Below are positions 19,170-27,814 of a DNA stretch of 39,772 nucleotides, one piece after another. The notes under the pieces were generated by a model. It made no database searches. It was not told the origin of the DNA and saw only the letters and a program-made list of their open reading frames with translations. The stretch's first letter is position 1. Each line of letters begins with the position of its first letter. The DNA is from Candidatus Azambacteria bacterium. Lineage in GTDB: Bacteria > Patescibacteriota > Minisyncoccia > GWC2-36-17 > JACQAJ01. A program made the position numbers and the translations under genes. The stretch spans positions 1 through 39,772 of the forward strand of contig JACQAJ010000022.1 in NCBI GenBank assembly GCA_016195045.1, in the 5' to 3' direction.

Positions 19170-19863
19170 CCAAATTTCCTTTTTTAAAAATATTAAGAAC
19201 TCGAATCGGCAAATGATTCTCATTAGCTAAAACAATAGCGGTATGATCCATAATTTGCAATTTTTGTTTGATAAAATCTGATGAGGAAATTTTCTCGATA
19301 AACTGGTGATCGGAATTAAGTTTAGGATCTTTATCGTAAATTCCATCGACCTTGGTCCCCTTAATAATGAGATCAGCATCAATTTCAATTGCTCGCAAAA
19401 TAGCCGCCGTATCAGTCGTGAAGCGTGGCGCTCCCGTACCACCAGTTAAAATAACCACGTAACCTTTTTCCAAATGCCTCATGGCTCGCCGACGAATATA
19501 GGGCTCGGCAATACTTTGCATGGTTAAGGCACTCATAACCCGAGTTTGTATTTTACGAGTTCTTTCCAAAAAATCTTGTAAAATAATTCCATTAGCCACC
19601 GTAATGATCATGCCCGCTTGATCCGCCACCACAAAACTGGAATCGATCGATTTAATAATTTGTGATCCCCGAATAATATTCCCTCCGCCAATCATAATGG
19701 CAATCTGACATTTCGTGGTTTTGATCGTATTAGAGATTTCGTCAACGATAAACTGAATGGCTTTTTTATCGAATAATATTTTACAAGCATTTTCCGAATC
19801 ACCTGTTGGACCACTCAAAGCCTCACCACTTAATTTTAAAATGACTCTTTTGATGTTTTTCAT
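19156..19863 (-). CDS. pyrH: UMP kinase
   Basis: KRVILKLSGEAL and GGGNIIRG motifs, 235 aa. Confidence 0.93.
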   Translation of the reverse strand: MKNIKRVILKLSGEALSGPTGDSENACKILFDKKAIQFIVDEISNTIKTTKCQIAIMIGGGNIIRGSQIIKSIDSSFVVADQAGMIITVANGIILQDFLERTRKIQTRVMSALTMQSIAEPYIRRRAMRHLEKGYVVILTGGTGAPRFTTDTAAILRAIEIDADLIIKGTKVDGIYDKDPKLNSDHQFIEKISSSDFIKQKLQIMDHTAIVLANENHLPIRVLNIFKKGNLETKN

Positions 19864-19869
19864 ACCAAA

Positions 19870-20109
19870 TTAATTAAAGAAATATTTCTCTAAATCGTTT
19901 TCAGAAATATATTTTTTTGCCTGAACAAATATCTGTCTTAATAAACCCCTATCAATCTCATTATGTAATGGAATTGTTAGAGTTTCTTTTCTATTAAATT
20001 TAATACGGCGAATTTTAACATGACTACCGTGCTGATCTATCTTTTCAAAACCAAAAATATTAAATATTTTTAAGAGCTACTTACCACTAAGAACTTTTAA
20101 TTTAGGCAT
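19870..20109 (-). pseudogene. hicA: HicA-family mRNA interferase toxin with premature TAG at codon 11
   Basis: My translation reads MPKLKVLSGK*LLKIFNIFGFEKIDQHGSHVKIRR..TIPLHNEIDRGLLRQIFVQA. The TAG is at 20079-20077, where HicA proteins usually have Glu. Not in the ORF track. Confidence 0.7.
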
Positions 20110-20326
20110 AGGTAGGAATCTCAAAATTCACAAAAAGTGGTGGTTTTGAAATCAATCCATTTCTAGAAAAAGTTTCATCGGAAAAATGTAATTTTGTCGC
20201 TTCTTTTATATTCTTCACAAGTTCATCCAGGGTTCTTCCTTGGGTAAAAATAGGAAAATCTACTGCGTGAGCAATATATTGTTTTTCTCCCTTAGATATT
20301 GAAAATTGTATAATACAGTTTATATC
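20102..20326 (-). pseudogene. hicB: HicB-like (UPF0150) antitoxin remnant without canonical start codon
   Basis: The open frame reads DINCIIQFSISKGEKQYIAHAVDFPIFTQGRTLDELVKNIKEATKLHF..PTYA*. It is bounded upstream by a TAG, contains no ATG/GTG/TTG before the conserved core, and its stop overlaps the hicA ATG. Confidence 0.5.
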
Positions 20327-20393
20327 CTAGCACTGTATATCCTAATAATCAAATTTTGGTCATAATATAAAGTTGGATTCTAGTTTCTAGTAA

Positions 20394-20942
20394 TTATCGC
20401 CTAATAACCACCACCTCTCCCTTGCCAATCTTAATAATCTTTGACGGCTTAGACTTGGGTCTTCCTCCTTTCAAATAAAAATCAACTTGATCACCGAAGT
20501 ATTGTTTAGCTTGCCTAATATTCTCGGCTGACCGAGAACTCTCTGGATTAGCGCTCGGTGCTACCAAAGGACCAACTACTTTTAAAATTTCGATCAGAGA
20601 TTTTTTCTTAATCAGACGAAAAGCCAGGGTTTGAGTCCCCCGATGGAGATAAGCAAACTTTCTTAATAAACAGGGTAAAATAATACTGACCGGATCAGAT
20701 TGATTCCAGAATTCCAAAAGTTTTTCTCTGGTCTTTTGATTAATCTTGATTCCAAAAAGTTTTAAATCTTCGACTGAAGAAATAAGAATGATCAAAGGCT
20801 TTTTTTTATCTCGCCCCTTAATTTTATAAATTCTCTCAACCGTCTTTTTATTGAGCGCCTGACCAACTAAACCATAAAGAGTATCGGTCAACAAAACGCC
20901 GACGCCACCATCATTTAAAATATTGAGGGTTTGATCATTCAT
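20394..20942 (-). CDS. tsaC: L-threonylcarbamoyladenylate synthase (YrdC/TsaC domain)
   Basis: LTDTLYGLVG, KIKGRDKKKPLIILI and VAPSANPES blocks. The real start is MNDQTL at 20942. The longer ORF-track N-terminus overlaps the LOG gene. Confidence 0.85.
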   Translation of the reverse strand: MNDQTLNILNDGGVGVLLTDTLYGLVGQALNKKTVERIYKIKGRDKKKPLIILISSVEDLKLFGIKINQKTREKLLEFWNQSDPVSIILPCLLRKFAYLHRGTQTLAFRLIKKKSLIEILKVVGPLVAPSANPESSRSAENIRQAKQYFGDQVDFYLKGGRPKSKPSKIIKIGKGEVVVIRR

Positions 20943-20943
20943 T

Positions 20944-21684
20944 CTAAGAAAAATATTTAATATGAGGTGTTTTTTTGATAATTTCAAAAGCCTCTTCGGC
21001 GGTATCGACAATCGTATAAATAAGCTGGTCTTCTTTATCGATGGCCTGAAACTTTCCATAAATAGACTGATCAACCCAAGACAAGAGCGGTTCCCAATAT
21101 TCTTTACCAACACAAATGACTGGAATCTTATTGGGAATTTTATTAGTCTGAAGCAGGGTGACTAATTCAAAAAACTCGTCGAGGGTTCCAAAACCACCAG
21201 GGAAATAAACAAAAGCCTGCGCCGAATAAGAAAGCATGGTTTTTCGGGAAAAAAAATAATGGAAACCAATACTCTTTTTAACATACTGATTAATCCGCTG
21301 TTCAAAAGGAAGTTTAATATTAATCCCGATTGATTCCCCGCCACCCTCAAAAGCCCCACGGTTACCCGCCTCCATAATTCCCGGACCACCGCCCGTAACC
21401 ACCCCATAATCATTCTCGCCCAGTAAAGTACCTAATTGACGAGCGACTTGATACCAATGACTATCCTCAGAAAATCTAGCTGACCCAAAAAAGGTCACTG
21501 TTTTAACCTCGTTAAAATTAGCTAAAAATTGAAAACCATCGACGAATTCCGACATAATCCGAAAAATCCGCCAACTAAATGATTCATGAAATTCTCCCAA
21601 TAAATTACTAGTCGGCAATTTTGAAGCTGGTAGGTTTATCCTACTTTTTAGTTCTCCATTTTTTTTAGAATTTGGTAATTTCAT
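20944..21684 (-). CDS. LOG-family (TIGR00730) Rossmann-fold nucleotide-binding protein
   Basis: VTGGGPGIMEAGNRGA and PGGFGTLDEFFE signature blocks. Confidence 0.85.
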   Translation of the reverse strand: MKLPNSKKNGELKSRINLPASKLPTSNLLGEFHESFSWRIFRIMSEFVDGFQFLANFNEVKTVTFFGSARFSEDSHWYQVARQLGTLLGENDYGVVTGGGPGIMEAGNRGAFEGGGESIGINIKLPFEQRINQYVKKSIGFHYFFSRKTMLSYSAQAFVYFPGGFGTLDEFFELVTLLQTNKIPNKIPVICVGKEYWEPLLSWVDQSIYGKFQAIDKEDQLIYTIVDTAEEAFEIIKKTPHIKYFS

Positions 21685-21793
21685 AATACTAGATCACAAT
21701 TATTAACTCCTATCATGAATAATTTAAATATATTATAGCAAATCAAAAAATAAAAACAAACAAAAATCCCTCCGGTCCAAGAAATAATTGCAA

Positions 21794-21814
21794 CTCCTGA
21801 TGTATAATCAGGAG
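21794..21814 (-). terminator. Weak hairpin downstream of secY
   Basis: ctcctgat / gtata / atcaggag is an 8-bp stem, followed on the minus strand by ttgcaattatttc. Confidence 0.3.
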
Positions 21815-21852
21815 ATATGAATTTCATGAAAAAGTATTAAGAAATAAGTCTA

Positions 21853-23121
21853 TTAAATTCTCTCGTAGTCCGTCATTGAGATTTGAGCTTTAATTTGTTT
21901 GGCGATCTCTAAGATAACCGAAACTAAGATCAATAAAGAGGTTCCCCCAAGAGATAAAGATGAAATACCAGAAACACCTGTAACAATGTATGGTAAAACA
22001 GCAATAATCCCCAAGAAAAGCGCGCCGGACAAAGTGATTCGATTTAAAATAAAATTAATCGTAAAAGCCGTTGGTTGACCGGGGCGAATTCCTGGAATAA
22101 AACCGCCTTGCTTCTGAAGGTTTTCCGACATTTGTTTGGGATCGAAAGTAACCGCCGTATAAAAATAAGTAAAAACCACGACTAAGAAAAAATAACTTGA
22201 TCCATAAATCCAAGGATTTTGGAAAAACCTAACCACTGCGCTCGAGGCCGACAAAAGCCACTGAATCTTAAAAAGACCGATCAAATTAGCAATCACTGAG
22301 GGAAAAAGTAAGACTGAGATCGCAAAAATGATTGGTATCACCCCCGCCATATTTAGTCTCAAGGGTAAATAAGTAGAAACTCCGCCATATAATTTAAAAC
22401 CTCGCACCCTCTTGGCATACTGAATAGGAATATTTCTTTGGGCCTCAGTAATAATAACCACAAAGACAATAGTTAGAAAAGCAATTACTAAAAACATCAG
22501 ATAACCAGAAATATCGGCTTGCGTAAAAGTAGCTAAAACTCGTTTTAATGCCTGGGGAAATCCAGCGATAATACCACCAGCAATCAATAAAGAAATACCA
22601 TTACTAATACCCTTTTCCGAAATTAATTCACCCAACCACATTAAAAAAGAGGTCCCGGCCATAATCACAATCACATTAAGGAAAAGATTAAAATTGGTCA
22701 AATTAATAATATTTTGACTTTCTAAAAGTTTTAATAAACCAAACCCCTGAAGTGCCGCCAACGGCAAAGAAAGAAAACGGGCGTATTGATTAAATTTTTT
22801 TCGACCCGCCTCACCATCTTCTTGATACATCTCTTTCAGGCCCGGAAAAATCATGGTTAAAAGTTGAAAAATAATCGTCGCGGTAATGTAAGGTCCAAGA
22901 CCAAGCATCCCAACCGAAAGATTATTAAGCGCCCCCCCAGAAAAAATATTAAGTAAACCAAAAAACTGATTATTACTCAGGAACCTGATGAGATTTTCTT
23001 TGTCGACTCCTGGAATTGGAATTGAAACGGAAATCCTAAAAATCACCAGCATAGCCAGAGTAAAAATAATTCTATCCCGTAAATTTTTAGTTTTAAATAT
23101 TCTGATGATTGTGTTCCACAT
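21853..23121 (-). CDS. secY: Preprotein translocase subunit SecY
   Basis: 422 aa with a 10-TM pattern and conserved blocks (GLGPYITATIIFQLL, GISLLI). It sits after L15. Confidence 0.95.
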   Translation of the reverse strand: MWNTIIRIFKTKNLRDRIIFTLAMLVIFRISVSIPIPGVDKENLIRFLSNNQFFGLLNIFSGGALNNLSVGMLGLGPYITATIIFQLLTMIFPGLKEMYQEDGEAGRKKFNQYARFLSLPLAALQGFGLLKLLESQNIINLTNFNLFLNVIVIMAGTSFLMWLGELISEKGISNGISLLIAGGIIAGFPQALKRVLATFTQADISGYLMFLVIAFLTIVFVVIITEAQRNIPIQYAKRVRGFKLYGGVSTYLPLRLNMAGVIPIIFAISVLLFPSVIANLIGLFKIQWLLSASSAVVRFFQNPWIYGSSYFFLVVVFTYFYTAVTFDPKQMSENLQKQGGFIPGIRPGQPTAFTINFILNRITLSGALFLGIIAVLPYIVTGVSGISSLSLGGTSLLILVSVILEIAKQIKAQISMTDYERI

Positions 23122-23201
23122 AAACTAGTTGGTAGTTGGTAGTTGGTAGTTGGTAGAAAATCTACCGTTCACTACTCACTACAAACTACTCACTACAAAC
23201 C
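23122..23201. repeat. Heptad-arm hairpin element, family B copy 1 (rplO-secY spacer)
   Basis: (TTGGTAG)x4 at 23129-23156, aaaat loop, then ctaccgttcactactcactacaaactactcactacaaac. The rplO stop (23193-23195) lies inside the right arm. Confidence 0.85.
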
Positions 23202-23630
23202 AACCTTGCCGCCAGCCTTTTCAATACTCGTCTTGACTGACTTAGAAACTGAAACCCCGAAAATATTTAATTTCTTAGTCGACTCTGCTAAACCTAAAAT
23301 TTTAATACTAGGAATTTTCCCAGATACCAAATCTACTAATTTCCTGGCTACCAAACTCTTAGGATTAATATTCTCATTATTCTTAAAATTCTCATTAACT
23401 ATTTTAAGACTGACGATAGCTGGTCTTTCATAAAAACCCTTCATTTTCCAGCCCCGAAGTTTAGGAAATTTTTTTATAAGACCATAAATAGCTGGTCTGA
23501 TTTTTTTACTACCAGATCTTGCTGTTTGACCCTTGGTTCCTCGACCAGAAGTTGTTCCTCTCTTGCCACCTCGGCCAATCCTTTTTTGATCCTTCTTGGG
23601 ATATTTTGGTTTTAATTCATTTATTTGCAT
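23193..23630 (-). CDS. rplO: 50S ribosomal protein L15
   Basis: KRIGRGGKRGTTSGRGTKGQTARSG. Its position is between S5 and SecY. Confidence 0.95.
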   Translation of the reverse strand: MQINELKPKYPKKDQKRIGRGGKRGTTSGRGTKGQTARSGSKKIRPAIYGLIKKFPKLRGWKMKGFYERPAIVSLKIVNENFKNNENINPKSLVARKLVDLVSGKIPSIKILGLAESTKKLNIFGVSVSKSVKTSIEKAGGKVGL

Positions 23631-23669
23631 AATTTTTTCTAGTCATTCTAGATAATTAGTAAACTATAA

Positions 23670-24101
23670 TTATTTTAATATCTTAAATGCTTCTATGGCC
23701 GCCAAAGCATTATTTAATTTATTTTTAGTTTTTGACAAAATCTTGGCGGTCACATTTTCCACTCCCGCTAACTCACAAACAATTCTCACTGGCCCACCAG
23801 CAATAATTCCTCTGCCAATCTTAGCTGGTTTAAAGATCACTCGAGCTGAACTAAATTTGGCCTCTACTTCATAAGGAATTGTTTGATTCTCTCGGGGTAC
23901 TAAAATTAAATTCTTTTTAGCATCCCGAACTGCCTTATCAATCGAAGAAGCTACATCTAAACCATTGGCTAAACCAATCCCAACTTGCCCGTCATGATTC
24001 CCAACCACAATAGCGGTTCGAAAAGAAAAACGTTTACCCCCAGCTACCACCCGAGTCACCCTTCTAATATCTAAAGTTTTTTGATCAAATTCTGTTTTCA
24101 T
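23670..24101 (-). CDS. rpsE: 30S ribosomal protein S5
   Basis: RVTRVVAGGKRFSFRTAIVVGN. The ORF-track start at 24125 is a TTG inside repeat D1, so ATG 24101 (MKTEFDQ) or 24122 is more plausible. Confidence 0.9.
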   Translation of the reverse strand: MKTEFDQKTLDIRRVTRVVAGGKRFSFRTAIVVGNHDGQVGIGLANGLDVASSIDKAVRDAKKNLILVPRENQTIPYEVEAKFSSARVIFKPAKIGRGIIAGGPVRIVCELAGVENVTAKILSKTKNKLNNALAAIEAFKILK

Positions 24102-24195
24102 AAAATTAGTTATAAAGTTCATCAAATTATAAAGTTATAAAGTTCATCGAATTTCTGACTTTATAAACTTTCAACCTTACAAACTTTCAACTTAT
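24102..24195. repeat. Heptad-arm hairpin element, family D copy 1 (rplR-rpsE spacer)
   Basis: AAAGTTN-type units on the left (agttataaagttcatcaaattataaagttataaagttcat) and AACTTTN-type units on the right (gactttataaactttcaaccttacaaactttcaactt). Pairing is imperfect. Confidence 0.7.
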
Positions 24196-24558
24196 CTAAA
24201 AAACCAGCCCTCCTTCTCTCGCTCCATCAGCCAAAGCCTTTACTCGGCCATGATATTTATAACCGCCCTTATCGAAGACTACCCTTTTTATCTTAATTTC
24301 ATTAGCTAAAATAGCAAGCCTCTTTCCTACTTCATAAGCCCTCTTTATTTTCCCGACAATTCCCTGACTATCGATATTCTTTTCTGAAACAGCCATTAAG
24401 ACAGAATGACTGCCGTCATCAATCAATTGGCTGTAAATATAACTATTACTTCTAAAAACACAAAGACGGGGAGTAGCTTGACTACCTTTAATTTTGGCCC
24501 GAATTCGATTGTGGCGCTTATAGCGATTGGCTTTTTTAATTTTTGAATTGTTAATCAT
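24196..24558 (-). CDS. rplR: 50S ribosomal protein L18
   Basis: RLCVFRSNSYIYSQLIDD .. GGYKYHGRVKALADGAREGGL. Confidence 0.93.
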   Translation of the reverse strand: MINNSKIKKANRYKRHNRIRAKIKGSQATPRLCVFRSNSYIYSQLIDDGSHSVLMAVSEKNIDSQGIVGKIKRAYEVGKRLAILANEIKIKRVVFDKGGYKYHGRVKALADGAREGGLVF

Positions 24559-24631
24559 GATAGATTAGAAAATAGTAAGTAGAATAATTTCATAATTTCA
24601 AAACTTCTACTTTCTAGTTACTTTTTTTATT
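24559..24631. repeat. Heptad-arm hairpin element, family H (rplF-rplR spacer)
   Basis: tagaaaatagtaagtagaa (24566-24584) pairs imperfectly with ttctactttctagttactttt (24605-24625). Confidence 0.6.
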
Positions 24632-25180
24632 TTACTTGGCGGCCGTGGCTGCCTTCTTACCAGGTTTAAGTTTTATTACTTCATCTTCATATCGAACACC
24701 GGTACCCTTATATGGTTCTGGTTTTCTCATCTTTCGAATCACGGCCGCAACTTGACCAACCAATTCTTTATCCGCACCAAAGATAGAAATAATATTTTTA
24801 GTAACAACAATTTCGATCCCGTCTGGTACAGAATATTCAATCGGATTAGTAAAACCAAGATTCAAAACTAACTTCTGATTTTCACAGACAGCCCTAAAAC
24901 CAACTCCAACCAATTTTAATTTCTTAGTAAATCCTTCATTAACCCCAATAACCATATTAGCTATTTTAGCCCGATTTAATCCCCAAAAAGCCTTAACACT
25001 ATTTCCACCTCCACCACTTCTAGAAATCGTTATTCTATTATCAACTAATTCAATTTTTAATAGAGGATGAACCAAAAAAGAAAAGCTTCCTAATTTTCCT
25101 TTTACGAAAATTAAATTACCGTCAAGTTTTACCTCAACCCCCGTTGGAACTATAATAATTTTCCTTCCTATTTTAGACAT
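24632..25180 (-). CDS. rplF: 50S ribosomal protein L6
   Basis: The real start is MSKIGRKIIIVP at 25180. The 35 extra N-terminal residues in the ORF track are a read-through of repeat C1. Confidence 0.92.
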   Translation of the reverse strand: MSKIGRKIIIVPTGVEVKLDGNLIFVKGKLGSFSFLVHPLLKIELVDNRITISRSGGGGNSVKAFWGLNRAKIANMVIGVNEGFTKKLKLVGVGFRAVCENQKLVLNLGFTNPIEYSVPDGIEIVVTKNIISIFGADKELVGQVAAVIRKMRKPEPYKGTGVRYEDEVIKLKPGKKAATAAK

Positions 25181-25271
25181 AATATAATCCACGAATAGCA
25201 ACGAATTTATTACGAATGGCGACGAATATTCGTTGCCATTCGTGATTAACATTTGTTGGTATTCGTGTATT
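25181..25271. repeat. ACGAAT nested-palindrome element, family C copy 1 (rpsH-rplF spacer)
   Basis: cacgaatagcaacgaatttattacgaatggcgacgaat | attcgttgccattcgtgattaacatttgttggtattcgtg, with the symmetry centre at 25227/25228. Confidence 0.85.
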
Positions 25272-25661
25272 TTACCAGACTTCACAGATTAGTTCGCCGC
25301 CTAACTTAACCTTCTTGGCTTCTTTATTACTCATTAATCCTTTTGAGGTCGAAATAATCACTAAACCATGTCCTGATCTCACTGATCTAATTTCATCACT
25401 TTTTACATAAAGACGTTGGCTGGGACGGCTCATTCTCCTTAATCCAGTCAAGCTAGGGACCCCATTCTCGTTTAATAATTTTATCTCCAAAAATTTCTTA
25501 ATCTTTCTTCCTTTTCTGGATACAACGCCAACAAATTTATTTTCAGATAAAACTTTGGCGATCTCAAATTTTATTTTAGAATGAGGAATCGAAATAGAAT
25601 CGCGCTTTAAAATATTAGCGTTTCTTATTCTTGTTAACATATCACTGATTGGATCGGTCAT
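25272..25661 (-). CDS. rpsH: 30S ribosomal protein S8
   Basis: MTDPISDMLTRIRNA N-terminus, 129 aa. Confidence 0.95.
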   Translation of the reverse strand: MTDPISDMLTRIRNANILKRDSISIPHSKIKFEIAKVLSENKFVGVVSRKGRKIKKFLEIKLLNENGVPSLTGLRRMSRPSQRLYVKSDEIRSVRSGHGLVIISTSKGLMSNKEAKKVKLGGELICEVW

Positions 25662-25776
25662 AATAATTAGTTTATCAAGTTATAAAGTTGAAAGTTATAA
25701 AGTTAAAAAAACAAATACAAAATTAATTTTCTTTTTACTTTATAACTTGATGAACTTCTACAACTTTTAACTTATT
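25662..25776. repeat. Heptad-arm hairpin element, family D copy 2 (rpsN-rpsH spacer)
   Basis: Fills the spacer from stop to start. It is the reverse complement of the copy at 27011-27120, with about 6 differences in about 110 nt. Confidence 0.85.
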
Positions 25777-25962
25777 TTACCAGCTAGCTTTGGTCATTCC
25801 AGGAATTTTGCCTTCTCTCACTAATTCCCGAAAACAAATCCGACAAATATCAAAATCTCTCATATAGCCATGCGCCCGCCCACAACAAAAACAACGTCGT
25901 ACTAAACGACTTGAAAATTTGGGCTCTTTTTTACTTCTTGCCACGACTGATGTTTTGGCCAT
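25777..25962 (-). CDS. rpsN: 30S ribosomal protein S14, zinc-binding type Z
   Basis: 61 aa, with CFCCGR .. CRICFRE providing four Cys. Confidence 0.93.
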   Translation of the reverse strand: MAKTSVVARSKKEPKFSSRLVRRCFCCGRAHGYMRDFDICRICFRELVREGKIPGMTKASW

Positions 25963-26060
25963 AAACTAGCTTATTAGCTTTTTAGCTTGTAGCTTTTTAG
26001 ATAATTAGATTTTTTAAATTTGATCTAATAAGCTAAAAAGCTACAACCTACGAGCTAATT
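25963..26060. repeat. Hairpin element, family E (rplE-rpsN spacer)
   Basis: ttgtagctttttagataattagat pairs with atctaataagctaaaaagctacaa (23 of 25 positions). The outer arms are TAGCTTT-type 7-9 nt repeats. Confidence 0.8.
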
Positions 26061-26612
26061 TTATTTCTTTCCTTTTTTAATTTCAACTTTCTTTAATGGG
26101 AATCCTAGGGCTCGATATAATTCTACTGCCGTTTCCCGATCACTGGAATTTGTCACAATGGCTACTTCAAAACCAAAAATTAATCTGGAATTAGCCACCT
26201 CAGTAAAAATTATTTGCTCTTTAATACCGATATTCAAATTTCCTGCTTGATCGACATTTTTTAAATCAAGTCCCCTAAAATCACGGGACCGAGGCAAGGC
26301 GATACCAATCAATCTTTCCAAAAAATCATACATTCTTTTTCGTCGCAAAACTATCCGATAACCAATAAGCATTCCCTCTCTAAGTTTAAAACCAGCAATT
26401 GATTTTTTAGCCCTTCGAGGCTCTGGTTTCTGACCAGTAATTAAAGTTAAATCATGTTCAATCTCCTTGACTATCTTATCATCATTTGAATACTTGCCAA
26501 TACCAACATTAACTACTGCCTTAGTCATCCTCGGCACTAAATTTATATTGGAATAATTAAACTTTTTTTTAATTAATGGAATAATTTCTTTTTTATATTT
26601 TTCGGATAACAT
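26061..26612 (-). CDS. rplE: 50S ribosomal protein L5
   Basis: The start is probably MLSEKYKKEIIP at 26612. The ORF-track TTG start at 26627 lies in repeat C2. Confidence 0.93.
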   Translation of the reverse strand: MLSEKYKKEIIPLIKKKFNYSNINLVPRMTKAVVNVGIGKYSNDDKIVKEIEHDLTLITGQKPEPRRAKKSIAGFKLREGMLIGYRIVLRRKRMYDFLERLIGIALPRSRDFRGLDLKNVDQAGNLNIGIKEQIIFTEVANSRLIFGFEVAIVTNSSDRETAVELYRALGFPLKKVEIKKGKK

Positions 26613-26707
26613 AAATTTAATCCACAAATGGCGACGAATTAATTACGAATAGCGGCGAATATTCGTTGCCATTCGTGAATAATATTCGTTGGCATTCGTG
26701 TATAGTT
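26613..26707. repeat. ACGAAT nested-palindrome element, family C copy 2 (rplX-rplE spacer)
   Basis: ccacaaatggcgacgaattaattacgaatagcggcgaat | attcgttgccattcgtgaataatattcgttggcattcgtg, centred at 26660/26661. Confidence 0.85.
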
Positions 26708-27010
26708 TTAGATTTCTGCCTGACATTTTTTACAAATCCTGACTTTCTTATTATCAATAAATTTTACAGACTGTCTTGTTGGTTTTGAGCAATTTGGACA
26801 GACTATCATTGCTCGAGAAGCCGGAAAAGGCATTGAAATTTCTAACCGAGTTCCTTTTTCACCTTGTTTTTTTGGTTTAATATGTTTTTTGACAGTATTA
26901 AGTTTATCAACAATAATCTTGTCTTTTATCGGTAAGACTTTGACAATCTTTCCTTTCTTATTTTTATCCTTACCGGCTAATATTAATACATGATCGCCTT
27001 TTTTTAACAT
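26708..27010 (-). CDS. rplX: 50S ribosomal protein L24 (C-terminal CxxC..CxxC form)
   Basis: The real start is MLKKGDHVLILAGKDK at 27010. The KOW motif is present and the C-terminus reads CPNCSK..CKKC. Confidence 0.92.
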   Translation of the reverse strand: MLKKGDHVLILAGKDKNKKGKIVKVLPIKDKIIVDKLNTVKKHIKPKKQGEKGTRLEISMPFPASRAMIVCPNCSKPTRQSVKFIDNKKVRICKKCQAEI

Positions 27011-27120
27011 AATAAGTTGAAAGTTTATCAAGTTCATCAAGTTATAAAGTAAAAAGAAAATTAATTTTGTATTTATTTTTTAACTTTATAACTTTCAACT
27101 TTATAACTTTATAAACTAAT
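27011..27120. repeat. Heptad-arm hairpin element, family D copy 3 (rplN-rplX spacer), inverted relative to copy 2
   Basis: aataagttgaaagtttatcaagttcatcaagttataaagt / aaaaagaaaattaattttgtatttatttttt / aactttataactttcaactttataactttataaact. Confidence 0.85.
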
Positions 27121-27486
27121 CTAAACTAGATCTTCCGCCATTGAAGCAATCTTAGTGAAACCTTTTTCCTTCACTTCTTTGGCAATGGGACCAAAAATTC
27201 GCGATGCCTTGGGATCCTGACCATCCAAAATAACCACCGCATTCTCACTAAATCTGATATAGGAACCGTCAGACCGACGATAAGATTGTTTTTGTCTAAC
27301 AATCACCGCTTTGTGAACCTCTTTCTTTTTGACTGCCTTTCTTGGAGAAACTTCCCTAACTGAAACTACCACAATATCACCTAATTGACCATAGCGTCTA
27401 ACTGATCCTCCTAAAACCTTAAAACACTGGACCTTAATCGCCCCGCTATTATCAGCTACTTTTAAAATTGAACGTAATTGAATCAC
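27121..27486 (-). CDS. rplN: 50S ribosomal protein L14
   Basis: (M)IQLRSILKVADNSGA, with a GTG start at 27486. Confidence 0.95.
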   Translation of the reverse strand: MIQLRSILKVADNSGAIKVQCFKVLGGSVRRYGQLGDIVVVSVREVSPRKAVKKKEVHKAVIVRQKQSYRRSDGSYIRFSENAVVILDGQDPKASRIFGPIAKEVKEKGFTKIASMAEDLV

Positions 27487-27564
27487 GAATATTTAAAATT
27501 TATGATTTCTGATTTATGATTTATGAATAATTTTGAAATTCTTAAATCTTAAATCTTAAATCTT
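27487..27564. repeat. Heptad-arm hairpin element, family A copy 2 (rpsQ-rplN spacer)
   Basis: tttatgatttctgatttatgatttatgaa / taattttgaaa / ttcttaaatcttaaatcttaaatctt. The rpsQ stop (27556-27558) lies in the right arm. Confidence 0.88.
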
Positions 27565-27804
27565 GCTTACGACTTTCCATCTTTTCTCCTTAGAAATCGG
27601 TCTTGTTTCTTCAATAATAACGTTATCACCAGTCTTATATTCATCTTTTTCATCATGCGCTTTAAATCTGGCGGTTATCTTAAAATACTTTTTATATTTG
27701 GGATGTTTTTTAAGACGATTAACCTCAACAATAACCGTTTTTGTCATTTTATCACTCACAACTATACCTTTTATTTTTCTTTTTTTAATTACAACTTCTG
27801 TCAT
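27556..27804 (-). CDS. rpsQ: 30S ribosomal protein S17
   Basis: KGIVVSDKMTKTVIVEV .. HDEKDEYKTGDNVIIEETRPISKEKRW. I prefer ATG 27804 over the GTG at 27828, which overlaps rpmC. Confidence 0.9.
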   Translation of the reverse strand: MTEVVIKKRKIKGIVVSDKMTKTVIVEVNRLKKHPKYKKYFKITARFKAHDEKDEYKTGDNVIIEETRPISKEKRWKVVSKI

Positions 27805-27814
27805 ATTATTAAAA

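Noticed and set aside
20943-21413. Long N-terminus of ORF 20394-21113, and ORFs 20962-21165 and 21162-21413
   Set aside because: They overlap the LOG-family gene in other frames. The TsaC domain starts at Met 20942, right after the LOG stop.
25181-25285. Extended N-termini of L6, L2, L5, L24, L22 and S5 in the ORF track
   Set aside because: The extra residues are translations of the intergenic repeat elements. For example, the identical peptide NGNEYSSPFVINSLLFVDY appears on both L6 and L2. The conserved protein N-termini begin at downstream ATGs.
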